The translations under genes were made by a program, and so were the position numbers. The notes beneath the pieces were generated by a model. That model had not been told where the DNA came from. It ran no database searches and saw only the letters and a list, made by a program, of their open reading frames with translations. A stretch of DNA of 64,000 bases from Callorhinchus milii (Eukaryota): contig NW_024704746.1 of assembly GCF_018977255.1 (NCBI RefSeq), forward strand, positions 24,118,001-24,182,000, written 5' to 3'. Below are positions 47,106 to 60,558 of this stretch, one piece after another (position 1 is the stretch's first letter; each line of letters begins with the position of its first letter).

Positions 47106-48594
47106 GATTTTTTTTTAAGCCTGCGTCTGCGATAAATGAATAAGGGCTAACTCAAAAGATCAGACCCACAGTGAAGACCAACGTTGCTGTGTTACTGGAG
47201 GTTTCTAAGCCTATAATTTAAAAGGCCGACATGTAAATTTAAGCTCAATGGCATTTATTCATTGATGTGAAATATTGTAAACATTAGTGCGGATACAGAT
47301 GGTACGAGTAGGAAGATAATAACGGGCGGGTCTTCTATCAATCTGATCGTTATGTTTTGGCTCATGGTGCGAGACTACAAAGAGCCAGAAAATATCCCTT
47401 TAATTTTAAACCATGCAATATGATCTAAAGCCGATCGCATGTTAAAGAAAAAACAAATCCTCAAATTCCAAAAAAGTTGATTAACGAGACCAAACATGAT
47501 GAGGCGAGATGAAAAAAATCACCATCTGTAAAGCAGCACATCAAAGAGTGGAAAAGTTCCCGTTTGATGAGGCTCTGTGTGTGTGTGTGTGTGTTTCAAT
47601 TTCAAATTACCGTTCTCCCTTTAACACGGATAAAACCAAAGTCTTAGGAGCAGGTCTATTAGCCATCAAAACAATCTCCTGGAAGATTTCACTCTTGAAG
47701 GAGTCACAGCATCAGATGCCTTTCAAAAGAGGATCCCTTTACAGTCCATTTTACAGGATCCTTTTTAATCTTACCCTTTTTAAGGAGAACACTTCAACAC
47801 CACCACCACCACCGACAGCAACAACTTCCATTTATATAGCGCCTTTCAATCGGGATAGTGGGGCAGAGCGCTTAACGCTACAAACCCAGGATGGGAGAAG
47901 TTGTTGCCATTTCCATGCCATCGCTGTATACCGCCAGCCCTTCGGAAGTCTGATGCACAGCCGCCCCCCTTGGGATAGCGTGGCTATGATTAGAACCATA
48001 ACCTTATACTTTACATAGAACGTACAGGAGCCCCAAGATTACATTTGTATAGCGCCTTTCATGTCGGGAGGACGTCCCAAGGCGCTGGAGACACTGAACT
48101 TAATAAAAAAAAATTCTGTACAACTTTGCCAAAATCGCGTAAAACAAAAAGTTTTCCCTTTGATTTTTTTTGTAAGAGTTTTTTATTTTCTAAAAAAAAA
48201 ATTGGAGCTTTCCGACCCAAAACACACACTTCAAATGAATTGTGATGCGATTTGCCCCAAAGGCAAATAATTCTCTGCAGCTTTGGATTTTTGAAAGTAA
48301 CTTTGAAAAAAAAGCACAGTTGTCTGTTGTTGGCCAACAAAATGGGAAGCTATCCCTTTAATCACTGGGTTACTGCACAAAATTACAGCTATTTGCCATC
48401 TCTCAGTCATCCAGCTGGACCACCCTGGATTCAGGCAGATGGATGGCTTTTACACCCCTATGTCTCACAGGTGGCCTCTGGGGGAAGTGTCGGATACACC
48501 AGAGCAGAGCAGACGCAAAACCCCTCACATTCTCGCCACGCAGTCACATCCCATTTTACCCAAACTCTGCCTGGTCACATCTCTCGGTCACTGG

Positions 48595-48930
48595 CGAGTG
48601 ATTCACAGGGCAAAACCTTAGGCACGTTTCCTTACTCCACACACACACACACGGCTCTGTTTACCTGGCATTAAGTAGGAACACGGTTGTTAGTCGATCG
48701 GCGGATCGATTTTCCGGCGGTAATAATCCCTGCAAACGTTTTTTTAAAAAATATTTTGGTCACTTCAATCCATGACTGTTTGTTGGACGCTGCTGTGCGC
48801 AATTGGTTGCTGCATTTCACCCACAAAATACACAGTCAATTCACTTTACAGTATATTCTGTGTCACGCTTCAAGATGCCTCGAAGAAGTGATAAGGCGCT
48901 GTATCAAATGCAAGAATTATTATTATTATA
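48595..48930 (+). mobile_element. SINE with degraded head
   Basis: GGGCAAAACCTTAGGCACGTTTCCTTACTCCACAC...core...AAATGCAAGAATTATTATT. Confidence 0.88.
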
Positions 48931-49125
48931 ATAAACACAGCGCCTCACTTGTCCTTACAATATCTTCTAAAGAGAACGCCAGTTTTCCTATAGTAGTGTC
49001 CTATAGTGGAAGCCAGGAGCAGGATTACCAATGTCCTAAGCTATATCGTGTCATGATACAGGAAGAACCAACATTACAAGGATATTTTTGTTGTCTAAAG
49101 AATATAATTATTGCATATTATGTGG

Positions 49126-49325
49126 AGAATAATAGTTACTTGGGTGATTATAAGGCTGTAATCCAATTGAGCTGTTCGGATGGTTTATATATAGAATAAT
49201 GGACACCTGGAATTGATTACAAGGCTACAGTCTAATTGAGGGATTCAGATAGTTTATACATAGAATATCAGATACCTGAGAATGATTACAAAGCTGTAAT
49301 GTAATCAAGAGGTTCAGCTAATCCT
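49126..49325. repeat. Degenerate ~68-bp minisatellite (about 3 units)
   Basis: AGAATA recurs at 49126, 49193 and 49262; GATTAYAAGGCT and TTC.GAT.GTTTATAYAT are repeated. Confidence 0.8.
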
Positions 49326-50952
49326 GAGTGCTTTATAATCGTCATCTGAACCTCAAGATTATGGACGGTAATGAAACCATTCAAAGCCAGCCAATAGTTT
49401 TATAACATATACACTGGGAAGTTCATAAAGATAAATTTATAGACCAGAGGAAGGACCTTGGTCTATAAAAATGTACTGGATTCAAATCAGCTAAAATGGG
49501 GGGTAAATCCTCTAACTACACGTTCCATGATCATATGCTATACTTGTCATTACAAGCACGAAATGCTTCTAAGTCCCACTTTTCCTTTAAATTTGTTTTT
49601 GGCCTAGATTCAACAAAGACCCCCACATGACTCTGCTGTTAATGGCCTGTAGTGATCCTGGGGCTTCTCTGCCACTACTGATTATATAGAATTACTTAAT
49701 TGTATTGATAGTCACAGTCTCTACACCAATGCCTCCCCTGGTCCAGGGTGTACTCCGTGGAGCCTATAAGAGGCACAAGGAAAGCCTGCCCAACCCCCCC
49801 ACTCCTCACAGTCAGATTCGTATCCATGGCTGGAATGCGTCAGCGCAACAATGACAGCAAAAAACGTATGAAATTTGACATGCAATTAACCACAGCGATT
49901 CACCACCCTCCACCGTGCTGTCAGCTTCAAGCCTCAAACCCCAGTCTGCACCAATTTGCTTCCAGCTGGAGCTGAGGGTTACTCTGAGGGGAATGGCTGG
50001 CTGAAGACTGGGCTTTTTATGGATCTCATTCATTCCGTGGGATAGTCATTTACAGGGGCTGAGAAACCTGGGCGAAAGATCAAGTCGAGGTCCACACAGC
50101 AGTCAGCGGTGCAGCAAAGCAACCCTCACTCACCTGGCTCTGATCCAACGGGGGTGGGGAACGGGGAAAATACCTCAATTAATTAGCCAGGTTACAAAGT
50201 ACAATTGTATATACATTTGTAATGAATTATCCTCACGAACCTCCAAACACATAGGTTATAAAGCTCGTGGCTTTATAATGAGAGAAGATCAAGGACCATC
50301 CAGTTCGTCTTCCACCATCCTGGCAGTCGCTTGACACGTCATGTGCCAAACTATCTTAGCCGCAGATATTATTTTCTAGCAGAAATGAAACAGATTTGAA
50401 CTCCTCAACCTGTCTCTCTCTCTCCCTCTCTCTCGTTCCTTCTTTTTTTTTAAATCAATGGTGTCAAGTTTAGAAATAGATTCCCGAAAATCCTCATCGG
50501 CAATTTGAGTGGGAATTAGTGGTGCACTGACTAGCAGCAGCTGGGTCTGAGACAAAGGGGCGTTGAGCCAAGGCAAACACACAACACGGCATCCTCACTG
50601 TTTTCAATGGGAAAATAATTCGAAGAAATTGTTTCGTGTTTGGGAGGAAGAAATCTGTTAAAATTTCTAGAATCTTTTTCTCCCCCTCAGTTGGCCCGGC
50701 TGTGAAGCTTCAATAACTCTCTCAAAACAATGCTGGCTCTTGGCCGCTCTGAAGTTAGCCTTGCATTTCGATGCTTATTTCATTCATAGCAAATTCATAT
50801 TTAATAACTTTAGTTACTGTGTTTTGTAACTTGGCTACTTACTGTAGGCATTTCTCCCTTTTCTCATCCACCCACGCACTGTGGATCCGACAGGATTGAG
50901 AGGGAAGTTTTGGAACTACGGTATACTACCGTATAGGCCTTGACCTTTCATC

Positions 50953-51100
50953 AACAACAACTACTACTTGCATTTACACAGCGCCCTTCACGTGGGGTAG
51001 CGTCCCGAGCGCTTGACAGGGGCGGAATCTGATGCCCAGCCAGGGGGAGAGGGAGGGGGAAGGTGACCGTAAGCCACGCAACAAAAAGGAAGGTCTTTCA
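50953..51100 (-). mobile_element. L2 LINE 3' fragment
   Basis: Reverse complement of the tails at 10540-10598 and 29000-29048. Confidence 0.75.
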
Positions 51101-52284
51101 CCAGGGTTTCTTAGCTCTGTAATTGACTAGGTGACGGCAAGCCTGGGAGTCGATGCTCTGCCAATTTTCCAAGCCTTTTCTGTGGGGAAGGAAGGGTCTG
51201 GTCTGTGTTCTGCGCCTCCTTCACATGATCAAAAGTTGCAGCTCGATCCCCACATCCGATCACCCTGTGGCACGGCACATTGATACAGCAGCCCGCTGTC
51301 TAATTACTGCTAATTATTTTACAATGCTGCTGCAGATCGTATGGATTTACATCTTGTTTCATTCAACAGTGTCACACTAGCCACACAGTAGGGATTTTTT
51401 TTATATTTAGTTTAAATTCACCAACTGAAGGTCGCTGTGCTATCTGGATCAAGGTTTATTCAAACGGAAAGGGTCGGGGTTATTAAATAAAATGTCTTCT
51501 AACACTGCAGTGGCCAAACATTAAAGTGGCGTTTGATGTTTGGTATTAATCAGAAAGCACACTCTATGGATTTAGTTCATGTTATGACTTTAATTTGGTT
51601 TGAGGCCATCTTTTGTTGTACCAATTGCATTTTAATTTCCAAGTAATTCTATTTAAAAGTTGCTGTTTTTCTTAACTTCGGTGCTGTAGCCACAGAGGTC
51701 CTGAAGCAATGACTTTACTGTAACTATAAATGGTCTGAACAGTGGTCGTTGAGACGTCTCAAAGCGCTGCACAGAATATATTGTAAAGTGAATCGACTGT
51801 GTATCTTGTGGACAAAACACGGCAGCCAATTGCACACAGGAGAGAGCACATGTTTGTTCAGGTAAAGTGATATTAACATCTGAACATCGTTGGTGGCAAG
51901 GATGGTGGGATTTGTAGATCCCTTTACTACCGTTCTCATCAGCAACTTGTCTCTCTACAATATAACCCTGGAATCTATGGGATGGCCAAATTATTTTTCC
52001 TACAGACTCCCCTAATCTCTACTTCCACCTGCAACCTCCACCCCCCCACCCACCCACCCCCCAATCAAAAATCTATCTCGGATCTCAAAAGAAGTGGATT
52101 TAAACCCACGGGATGTTTCTTTATGAGCACAGAAATAAAACTGCTACAGTTGATTTCACATTACCGTTGATAATCACATAACTGTGTTTTGCCAAAAATA
52201 TGTTGTGCTTGGAACAAATCTCTCTAAACTCCAGATAAAAATAGTCAATTGGCAAATCTCTGTATCCCAAACATTTAAGGCATC

Positions 52285-52365
52285 CATTCATTCATTCATT
52301 CATTCATTCATTCATTCATTCCTTGACTTATTCATTCATTGATTCGTTCATTCATTGATTCGTTC
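52285..52365. repeat. (ATTC)n tetranucleotide microsatellite
   Basis: Read directly. Confidence 0.95.
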
Positions 52366-53500
52366 GTTTAGCAATTCACCTTAAATAAAAGCAAAAATAA
52401 ATACTTAACAAAAAAAACTTATTTTCCACAACCCTGATTTGACTGCTAATGTACTGCTGTCTCTAGGGGGATGTGAGCTAGTGAAGCGAGTGCTGTACTT
52501 AGCACAAATAATTGGGGAACATTTGACTGATTGGAACAAGATTAAAGTTTTAAAGTAATTAAAGGATTGGGAATTCTGTTCTACAGGATGTGACTAGTAC
52601 ATGGATAGGTACACTGGGACTCATATACTTGGGCCTGTGCCTTTATACTGTGTCACCTGTAACGGTATTGAATGAATCCAATAAAAAAGATAACTCATCC
52701 ACAACTTCAAATAAATGGGTTATTTTTGACTTGCAGACACACACACACCTATCTTTCAAAGACCTTTTATCTCTCCCTAGAGAGAGATATACACTTGGTA
52801 CAATCCAAACCTAAGTTATCCTGTGAAGGGTTACCCCCACTCCCCAAAATTAACAATAAAAATACCACAGCTCCAATTGCGAGCAATCAGCCCTTTCATA
52901 TGTGTCAGACAATTGCTCGCAGTCACACATAATTTATTCCATTCCTTTCTGAAAGCGAACTGGACCTGTCTCTAACTGCTTTATAGCGGGCAGCTGTCAA
53001 TGTCAGTGGAAGTGGGAGCAAGCAGAAGAAAAGTTTTAAGAGTTTTTATCTCATTCTTTAACGGCAACCTTGCACGACATCGGATTGCAGCTAAACATCT
53101 GTTGTTTTTCTCAAGCCAGAGTCATATGGAGGCAGAGGTAATGCAAAGGACTATGCTAAGTGTTAAGTAGTGATCTGATCACTCTCTCTCCCCGCCCCCA
53201 CCTTCGGTTACGTGCCTCCCATGTACCTTGCACTATCGCCAAATACTTAGTTGAAGGCAGGTGATGGTGCTGCTAACACACTTCCAGGACTATTTTATAA
53301 TAATAATAATCCTTGCATTTGACAAAGCGGCTTATCACGTCTTGTAGACGTCTCAAAGTGCTTCAGTGACTGAATACCAAGAGATATTAGTCTCTTGGGA
53401 GAAGGGAAGTGACCCCCCCCCACCCCCCACATATAGCCAAGTGGTAAACTTTGTTGTCAACTGCCAGTGTGTTGGACATTGCTGATTCACAACCACATTA

Positions 53501-53713
53501 GGGGTTGAATTTGTAGGTTGTGTTAACCATGTGCAAATGCACTTTTACCAGAGAATTACAGTTGCTGCTAAATATGTAATTAAAAAAAAGGAAACACTTA
53601 TAGCATGGTTGGTTGTCAATTACCTGCAATTTTATTATTATTAATATTATTATTATTTTCCTCACTTCGCATAGGTTTACACATGGTTAGCGCGACCGGC
53701 AACTTTCACTCGG
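53501..53713. mobile_element. MITE with ~38-bp imperfect TIRs and TTA flanks (PIF/Harbinger-like)
   Basis: tta|GGGGTTGAATTTGTAGGTTGTGTTAACCATGTGCAAA ... TTTACACATGGTTAGCGCGACCGGCAACTTTCACTCGG|tta. Confidence 0.65.
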
Positions 53714-56409
53714 TTATTTGTCAAGAGATTATTTCGGGCTAATGTCAATGTCAAGTATTATCATACGTTGTATATTTACATATGTTATATATATATGACA
53801 TTGTATAATACAACAGAAGTTAACACTGAAAGTGACTGTAAAAGTAGCAGGTGATGATTACCATCAGCAAATTATGTCAAGGATTAAGATTACTATTTGT
53901 CATATACACCCAGAAATGAGACAAAAAAGTATATATCTATCTTTTCCCATGGCCAACGCTTATCTAACGCTCCATTGTGTTGGGTTCAAACATTCTTGTA
54001 TACATTATATAATAGTAATAATTATTATCTTTCTTAGTCACCAGGTTCTTTGCATCCAGCACAGGAATTGTCCGATTGCCACAGTGAGCGAATGAATTTC
54101 AAGTGACGAAAACCAGTTTTATTCTTTCGTTAAATAAAAGAAAACATAAAATATAAAAGTTTTAAACCTCAAACTGGTGCTTAAAAATAACCGCAGGCTG
54201 TCGTCTCGCAACTTTCGAGAAGAAAACAAAACGACCTGCTCTGTGCGTTCGGGATCTGCTCGCAGTCAGATGGTGCACATGGCTAGGGCCACCTTCAAAG
54301 TGTTGTGGGTAGGATTAGCTGGATTAGGCATCCATTGAAAAGACCCATGCTGCTTTGGAGGAAGTCTCACTGTGGACTTGTTGAAAGAGACTTTTTTTTA
54401 ATACCTGTCTCAGCTACTCCTGCCGCCTATTAAAGAGAGAGAGGGTGGGGGGTGGGGGGGAGGACGGGGACAAGAGAAACAATCCCAAGAGGCTCACAAT
54501 TGCTCTCCGGTCAAGTACTGTCACAACATGTATTGACCAAAACATTTTTTGTTTCATACTATTGTTCACAACAAGCATCTTTCTCAGAATATCTTCAACA
54601 ANTTTTTTTAATATGAGAGGCTGGGAGGAGGGAAGGTGGAGAGAGGGAGAGAAGCGAGAGGAGAGAGAAAGAGAGAGAGAGGCCTTTAGGAGAAGCTTTG
54701 TTGAAAATAAATCTTTCCCTTCCCTGAATCGAGTAGCAGATGTGTGCTCCACCTCAGGCCCAATAGACTGGGCTCATCGAGCCTCCACTGAATGAATACA
54801 AAGCTTTGTCACTACCATGAATGTCCATCAGAGATGTTCTGTAACAAACAGAAAAAAGAGAATTCTGTACAACAAAAGCAGGAGGCCAGAGCCTCCACAT
54901 AAAAAATAAACCAGGGAAAGTGGGTGGAGGGGAGGGAGGGAGGGAGTGAGTGAGTGGGGGCTGAGCTGGGGAGAAGACAGTTAGGGTCCTTGTGTGTAGG
55001 GCAGGGAAGAGGGAAGTTGAGTGATTAAGATTGTGAGCAAAGTCCCTCTGTCTAGTTTGTTTTACAAGCCTAAGCACTCAATCCTGTCTGCCGTTAGCTG
55101 CTTTGCACTTAGATTCAGAACTCACAGACCCTGACTGGGTAAAGGGACAGTGTGACCCAAAGGAGGTACAGCTGGGAACCATTGAGGCCTGAGACTGCTG
55201 TCAGCCTTGACATAAATTTCCACTGGTGCAGGAATTTACGCAGTTGGCATTTCCATATGTATAGACTTGCCAGTACTAATTATGCTAATCATCTCCTCTG
55301 TTGGCTCCTGTGAAAAATGGCCACATTAAGCACTCCACTGCCTGCTAATGCGGCTTAATGTGTGCCTGAGATATACATTCATCCTGCCCTGAAAGGAGAA
55401 ATTTTTCCACGTTACTGGTTTCATTCACAGAAAAAAAATTAATTTGTTGAACTTAAGAATGGTCAGTGCTGGAGACGAGACCCAGAGCCAGTGAGATGTT
55501 GACTAAACTAAAAAGTGACTGATAATTTCTCCTCTCTCTCTGCCCACCCCCCTCTCTCCTATTTTAACAACAAATTGTGTTGCCTAATAAAACATCAATC
55601 AAAAAAGAAAATAGCTTTACACCAAAGGGAATCTTTCTTATCTTTTAGCTGTCAGGGCCTTATTATATAAGATAGAGGAAAAGCCTAAATTCACATTTGG
55701 CATCTTAGTAAAGTAGAATCAAGTCTGAATTGTATCCTTTGCGTCCTCATCATCCACAAGTGAAAGATATTGGAGGCTTAAAAGTTAATGAATAAAAATT
55801 CATCTCTAAGATGTGATGATAACCGTAGAAATATGGTCCGGGGGAGTTGAAGAGGAAGGAAACTTGTACACGACCCCATAAAAAACTAAAGCCAAGATAT
55901 TAAACGTAAAAGATTCCAAGGATGATTTTAACAGTTATCGTGATTTATCATAAATACAGAAGTCAGCAGCTCCCAGTCTCTCTCTAGTTCTCTAGATGGC
56001 TGTGGGAAGCCAACTGCTCTGCTGCTGGATAGATAGAAAAAAAAAGCAGGGCTGGGTGGGGGGGGTCCTATATGTCAAACAATCTCAGCAATAACAGAGT
56101 TGTCGTCCCACCCACACACACAAGTCAGACAACAACTGTCCCAGTTAGAAAAGAACAGCTGATCCCGGGCAGAACAGCATGCTTTACCTTCCCCACGTGT
56201 ACAGTGCCGGATAGATTGGATAGGGAGAATGATATCCTGCCACAAGTTCCAACTGCTGATAGCACCTCACCAAACACATCACAGAAATATGATTCAACCC
56301 CCTTTCCCCCCCGCAGCACCTCCAGCCCCTGCCCTGCCCCCCAACAGACATATTCTGTCACTAGATCATCCCAGGCTCAGTCAGTATGTGGGATCCAGAC
56401 AAGACTACA

Positions 56410-56625
56410 CTGTGTTTCGGCCACAAAATATACATACAATTCATTTTACAGTGACGCCTCAAAGCCACGATAAGAGGCTCTATCAAATGCAAGGATTATT
56501 ATTATTATTGTCATCAGCAGCAGCAACAATAAAATAATCCTTGGCATTTGATATAGCGCCTTTCACGTCAGGAGGACGTCTCAAAGCGCTTCACAGGATT
56601 TATTGCGGTGACTGTATTTTGCAGA
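56410..56625. mobile_element. Two SINE/L2 tail fragments arranged tail-to-tail
   Basis: Plus-strand tail ends ~56508; minus-strand tail begins ~56530. Confidence 0.75.
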
Positions 56626-58271
56626 CGAACCTTTATGTCTATGGAAACTATTCAGATGTTGTGACCAACCATCATAGCTGTTTCGCCAATGACTGTGTCT
56701 TGCCACTGGTGCACATGTGAACCAGCATTGCACTTTGTAAACACTAATGACAGCAATTAGGCTTAAACATACAATACCAGCGCCAGGCCAAAATAAACAC
56801 AATAATGCAAGATGTTTGCTCAAAAATATAAAGAAATAATTCAAATCAGTCCAAAAGAAAAGTATTGTTGCCCGAATACCAATGATGACCACAAACCAAA
56901 TGTTAAACAGAAATGTTTTTTGTTGTTGTTTCCATGATCTTGAAACAAAGTTATTAATGGAAGCTTTTAGAAACTTATTATTTTCAAAACAAATGAACCC
57001 TGATTAGGTGTACACTGCATTGTTAAAAAAGATGCATTATATCTGTAATGTACTGCATTCTGATTTAACTGGTAATCCGATATTACACCTGCTCTCAGTG
57101 AACTGTTCCTCTTCACAATGTCCTGGCCTAAAGCTCAGCCAAACTCCTCACAATAAATAGCTGTTCTGCCCATGAAATCACCTGATGGCACAGTTCATAA
57201 GGCAAACAGAGAGACACGTGAAGGAAGTGTAGTTGGGGATTCTGGAAGCCTCCAACGCTGGCCTTTAACAGGAGATTGTTTCGCTGTCAGAAGTTTAGAA
57301 AGCATCCCTCAAACCCAGGGATTTATATTAAGCCCCTTTCAACAACCACAACACATCCCTAAGTTTTTTTTCCCCCTCTATCCTAGCAGCGCTCCACCAA
57401 TTAGCAACAGGCTGTTGGCCATGAACCTTCCCAAGTCGAATCCTTGTTCTCTCACACGCTGAGGGGAGTCACAGCCACCACCAGCCCCTCTCTGGCACAG
57501 AGGCCCCACTCACTAAACACCCCTTTTGACCCTCCCTCTGGTTCCCTCAGGCTGTTGCCTCTTTTGTTTATACTCTCTCCTGGTTAAGGTATGTGGCTCT
57601 GCAGCACAGGTTTATTTGTGTAGCTCGTGCTCTGCACTTCATGGGCCACGGCTGCCGCCTACACTGATGATAGCAGCGTGAAGCAGGCCGTCTGCTCCTG
57701 TGGTTAGTTCTGTGTTCGTGCTTTTACTGTGAGAATTAGAATGGATTCTAACGGAGGGGACAACTCATTGGCAACACAGCGCATGGCATGGGGCGCAGCT
57801 GTGATATCATGTGCATCGAATCGCTGGTCTCAATGATGCTGTCATAAGAGAAACCACTGAGCAATTAATGAGGCGTGTCCCCACAAAGTACAGGGAGAGA
57901 ATGAAGAGGATGATCCACCAAGGCTGAGCTCACACAGCCTCCTCACGGCCTGGCTCAGTATCTTAGCCAAGTTTCAATATCAGATGTCCTTCCTCTCTCT
58001 CTCTCTCTCTCTCCCCCCAATGCAGGGAGATGTGCGAGGGGGAGAAAAGCAGAAAACGTTTAAGAGTTAACACCTATCAGAGCTCGTGCCATGGTCATGC
58101 CGCCTATACTGAGAAGCACTCTGGGGCGCTACCCTGCCTGAGGGGTGCTGTATAAATGCAAGTTGTTGTTGGTTCTGATTCTTGTAGCTAAGGATGCCCT
58201 CGAGTGCAGTGGCCTGTTGACACCGTCTGGGGACCTGCCATATAGACATCAATGGGGAGAAAACTAGAAAC

Positions 58272-58770
58272 ATCATAGAATATTACAGCACAAAAAGAGG
58301 CCATTCGACCCATCGCTCCCATGATGGCTCTTGAAAGAGCTGCCAACTAGTCCCACTCCCCTGATCTTACCCCATAGTGGAGTCCTGTAGCTCAGTGGTT
58401 AGAGCACTCGCTTTGCAAGTGAGAGACCTGAGTTCAATTCCAGGCAGAGGGCGAAACCTTGGGCAAGTTTCCTTACTCCACACAGAGCCTAATAATAGTC
58501 CCTCCAAAACAAAGCAATAATAAATTGGTCATTTTCAATCTATGACTGTTTGTGGGACATTGCTGTGCACAATTGGCTGCCGCGTTCGCCCACAAATATA
58601 CAGTCAATTCACTTTACAGTGTGTTCTGTGAAGCGCTTTGGGACGTCCTCCCGACGTGAAAAGCGCTATATCAAATGCAAGGATTATTATTATTATTATT
58701 ATAGACTTACACATTTTTTTTTCCTTTTCAAGTACCTATCCAATCCCCTTTGGAAAGCTACTATCGAAAC
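58272..58770 (-). mobile_element. CR1-like 3' fragment interrupted by a SINE
   Basis: CATAGAA..TTACAGCACAAAAAGAGGCCATTCGACCCATC...AGTCCCACTCCCC, resuming after the SINE as TTCAAGTACCTATCCAATCCC. Confidence 0.65.
58377..58702 (+). mobile_element. Full-length tRNA-derived SINE
   Basis: A-box TAGCTCAGTGG, B-box AGTTCAATTCC, core, L2-like tail and (TTA)n. Confidence 0.92.
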
Positions 58771-60279
58771 ATAATTGAACAAACTTTTTTTTTGTCAACA
58801 ACAACTTGTGATGATATAGCACTCTTCAGGCAAAATGTCTCAAGAGCGCTTTAAAACAAAATGGTAATGCCCAAGAAATGTCCTAACTCTGATGATAATG
58901 GCAGAACTCTGGCGCAGAAACATAAAACAAACTGCTTCCTATTAGTAGCAGCAGTCTATAACTGTGTGGACAGCACAGACAGCTTTGGAGGTACCGCACC
59001 AATGTTACACTGCACTGGGTTTATGGTATCATCTGGCAGCTAATTAACGGTTTCTGTTTTATGCTTTTCCAATGAATACATTCAGACATTATTGAATTGG
59101 CAAATTTCATGTGTTGATGTATTAGGAGATATGGCAGATTCACCCAATACGTGAAGCATCAGAAATCTGTTACCTTCTTTCTTACACTCTGTATAAAACT
59201 ATGTACCATATGTTAGTCAAAGGATTTCCCTGCAATCGATGACAACTCTTCCCTGAGGAAGGTGACCTTTTGGTGCCACCGTAATGACATGTCAACATGG
59301 AGCACGTTCGCAGTTCAGCACAAATACTGTATCAAACTACGCCACAAACTTCACAATAAACTACAATAAATAATGTGCCCTTCAGTGATTATAAACCAGT
59401 AATTATAAATCTCTTGAGCTCTGCACTCAGCTTAACACTTCATCGGAACCCTTTGATCACAGCCTCATAATCGCTCACAGATACCCATTATTCTATATAT
59501 AAACCATCTCAATCTCTCAATGCCTCGTAATCACTCACAGGTGTCCATTATTCTACATATGCACCAACTGAAGCCCTCGATTCTACTTGTACAGCTCGTC
59601 ACACTGGCTTGGCTAATTGTGGTCTTCCTCCTCTTCACTTGTGACCATCAGCAGACTTGATGTCTCCATCACAGCCGGCCTGGGCGGAGGATGTTGACCA
59701 TGTTGAGATTTTCCTTTTCTTGCTCTTCAGCAGAAAAGGATTAGGGAACAGGACTATCTCACCTTCCTTAAATCACACGAAAAAATGAGTAAAATAAAAC
59801 TAATGATTATATAGTTTCCTCTCTGCTCTGTCTGGCCTTTACTTGGCTCCCGGTGGCAGGATTGAATTAGGAGCTGACTGTGTGTAGAATCATAGCCACA
59901 GGTAAGCAGGAGTCCCTGCATTCTGAGGCACCCCCAAGCCTTTGGATGGCTTTGATGCTCTTCAGCAAAAGTGAGTCTTCCTGATTATGATTGTCCTTGT
60001 CCACAGAATTGCTTGTATGTTTGTGCCCACTGGGAAACGGTCTGACAGAACTCTTTCCACAACATAAGAATACAATCCTATCATTCTCGGCTACATTCAA
60101 ATTTAGATCCCAAAGGTGAAAAGCTTATCTCCACTCAGTTTCCCCACACTACTTTATGACCTTATGCAGTTCATTGCACTTTCTTGATTTGACATATAGA
60201 TGAAAACATTTGAAACTCGCTTATAATTTACCGCACGTTATAAACGCATATAACATAAACTATATCCACCACAATATAC

Positions 60280-60390
60280 AAATAATCCTTTGCATTTGAT
60301 ACAGCACCTTATCATGTTGTTGATAAATCTCAAAGCGTTTCACAGAATATATTGTAAAGTGAATTGACTGTGTATTTTGTGGGCGAAACT
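60280..60390 (-). mobile_element. SINE 3' fragment
   Basis: Tail consensus in reverse orientation. Confidence 0.8.
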
Positions 60391-60558
60391 CAGTGAGCAG
60401 GATATTATGAATATATAATATGAAACCATACGTAGTAAATAACAAAACATTAATGTAGCACAATATACAGTATTATAAGTTCAGCATAGAATGTTGTACA
60501 ATGAGATGTATACATGGCCTGGGATAGACAGGCATCTCTCATGGTAAAAGCCATATAT

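Noticed and set aside
48687-49199. 170-aa ORF and related short ORFs (671-910, 46692-47034, 60514-60879) as a protein family
   Set aside because: The similarity comes from translating copies of the same non-coding SINE.
58377-58450. tRNA-Ala(TGC) gene (also 60559-60630)
   Set aside because: There is no acceptor-stem pairing and the sequence continues into the SINE body and tail, so it is a SINE head.
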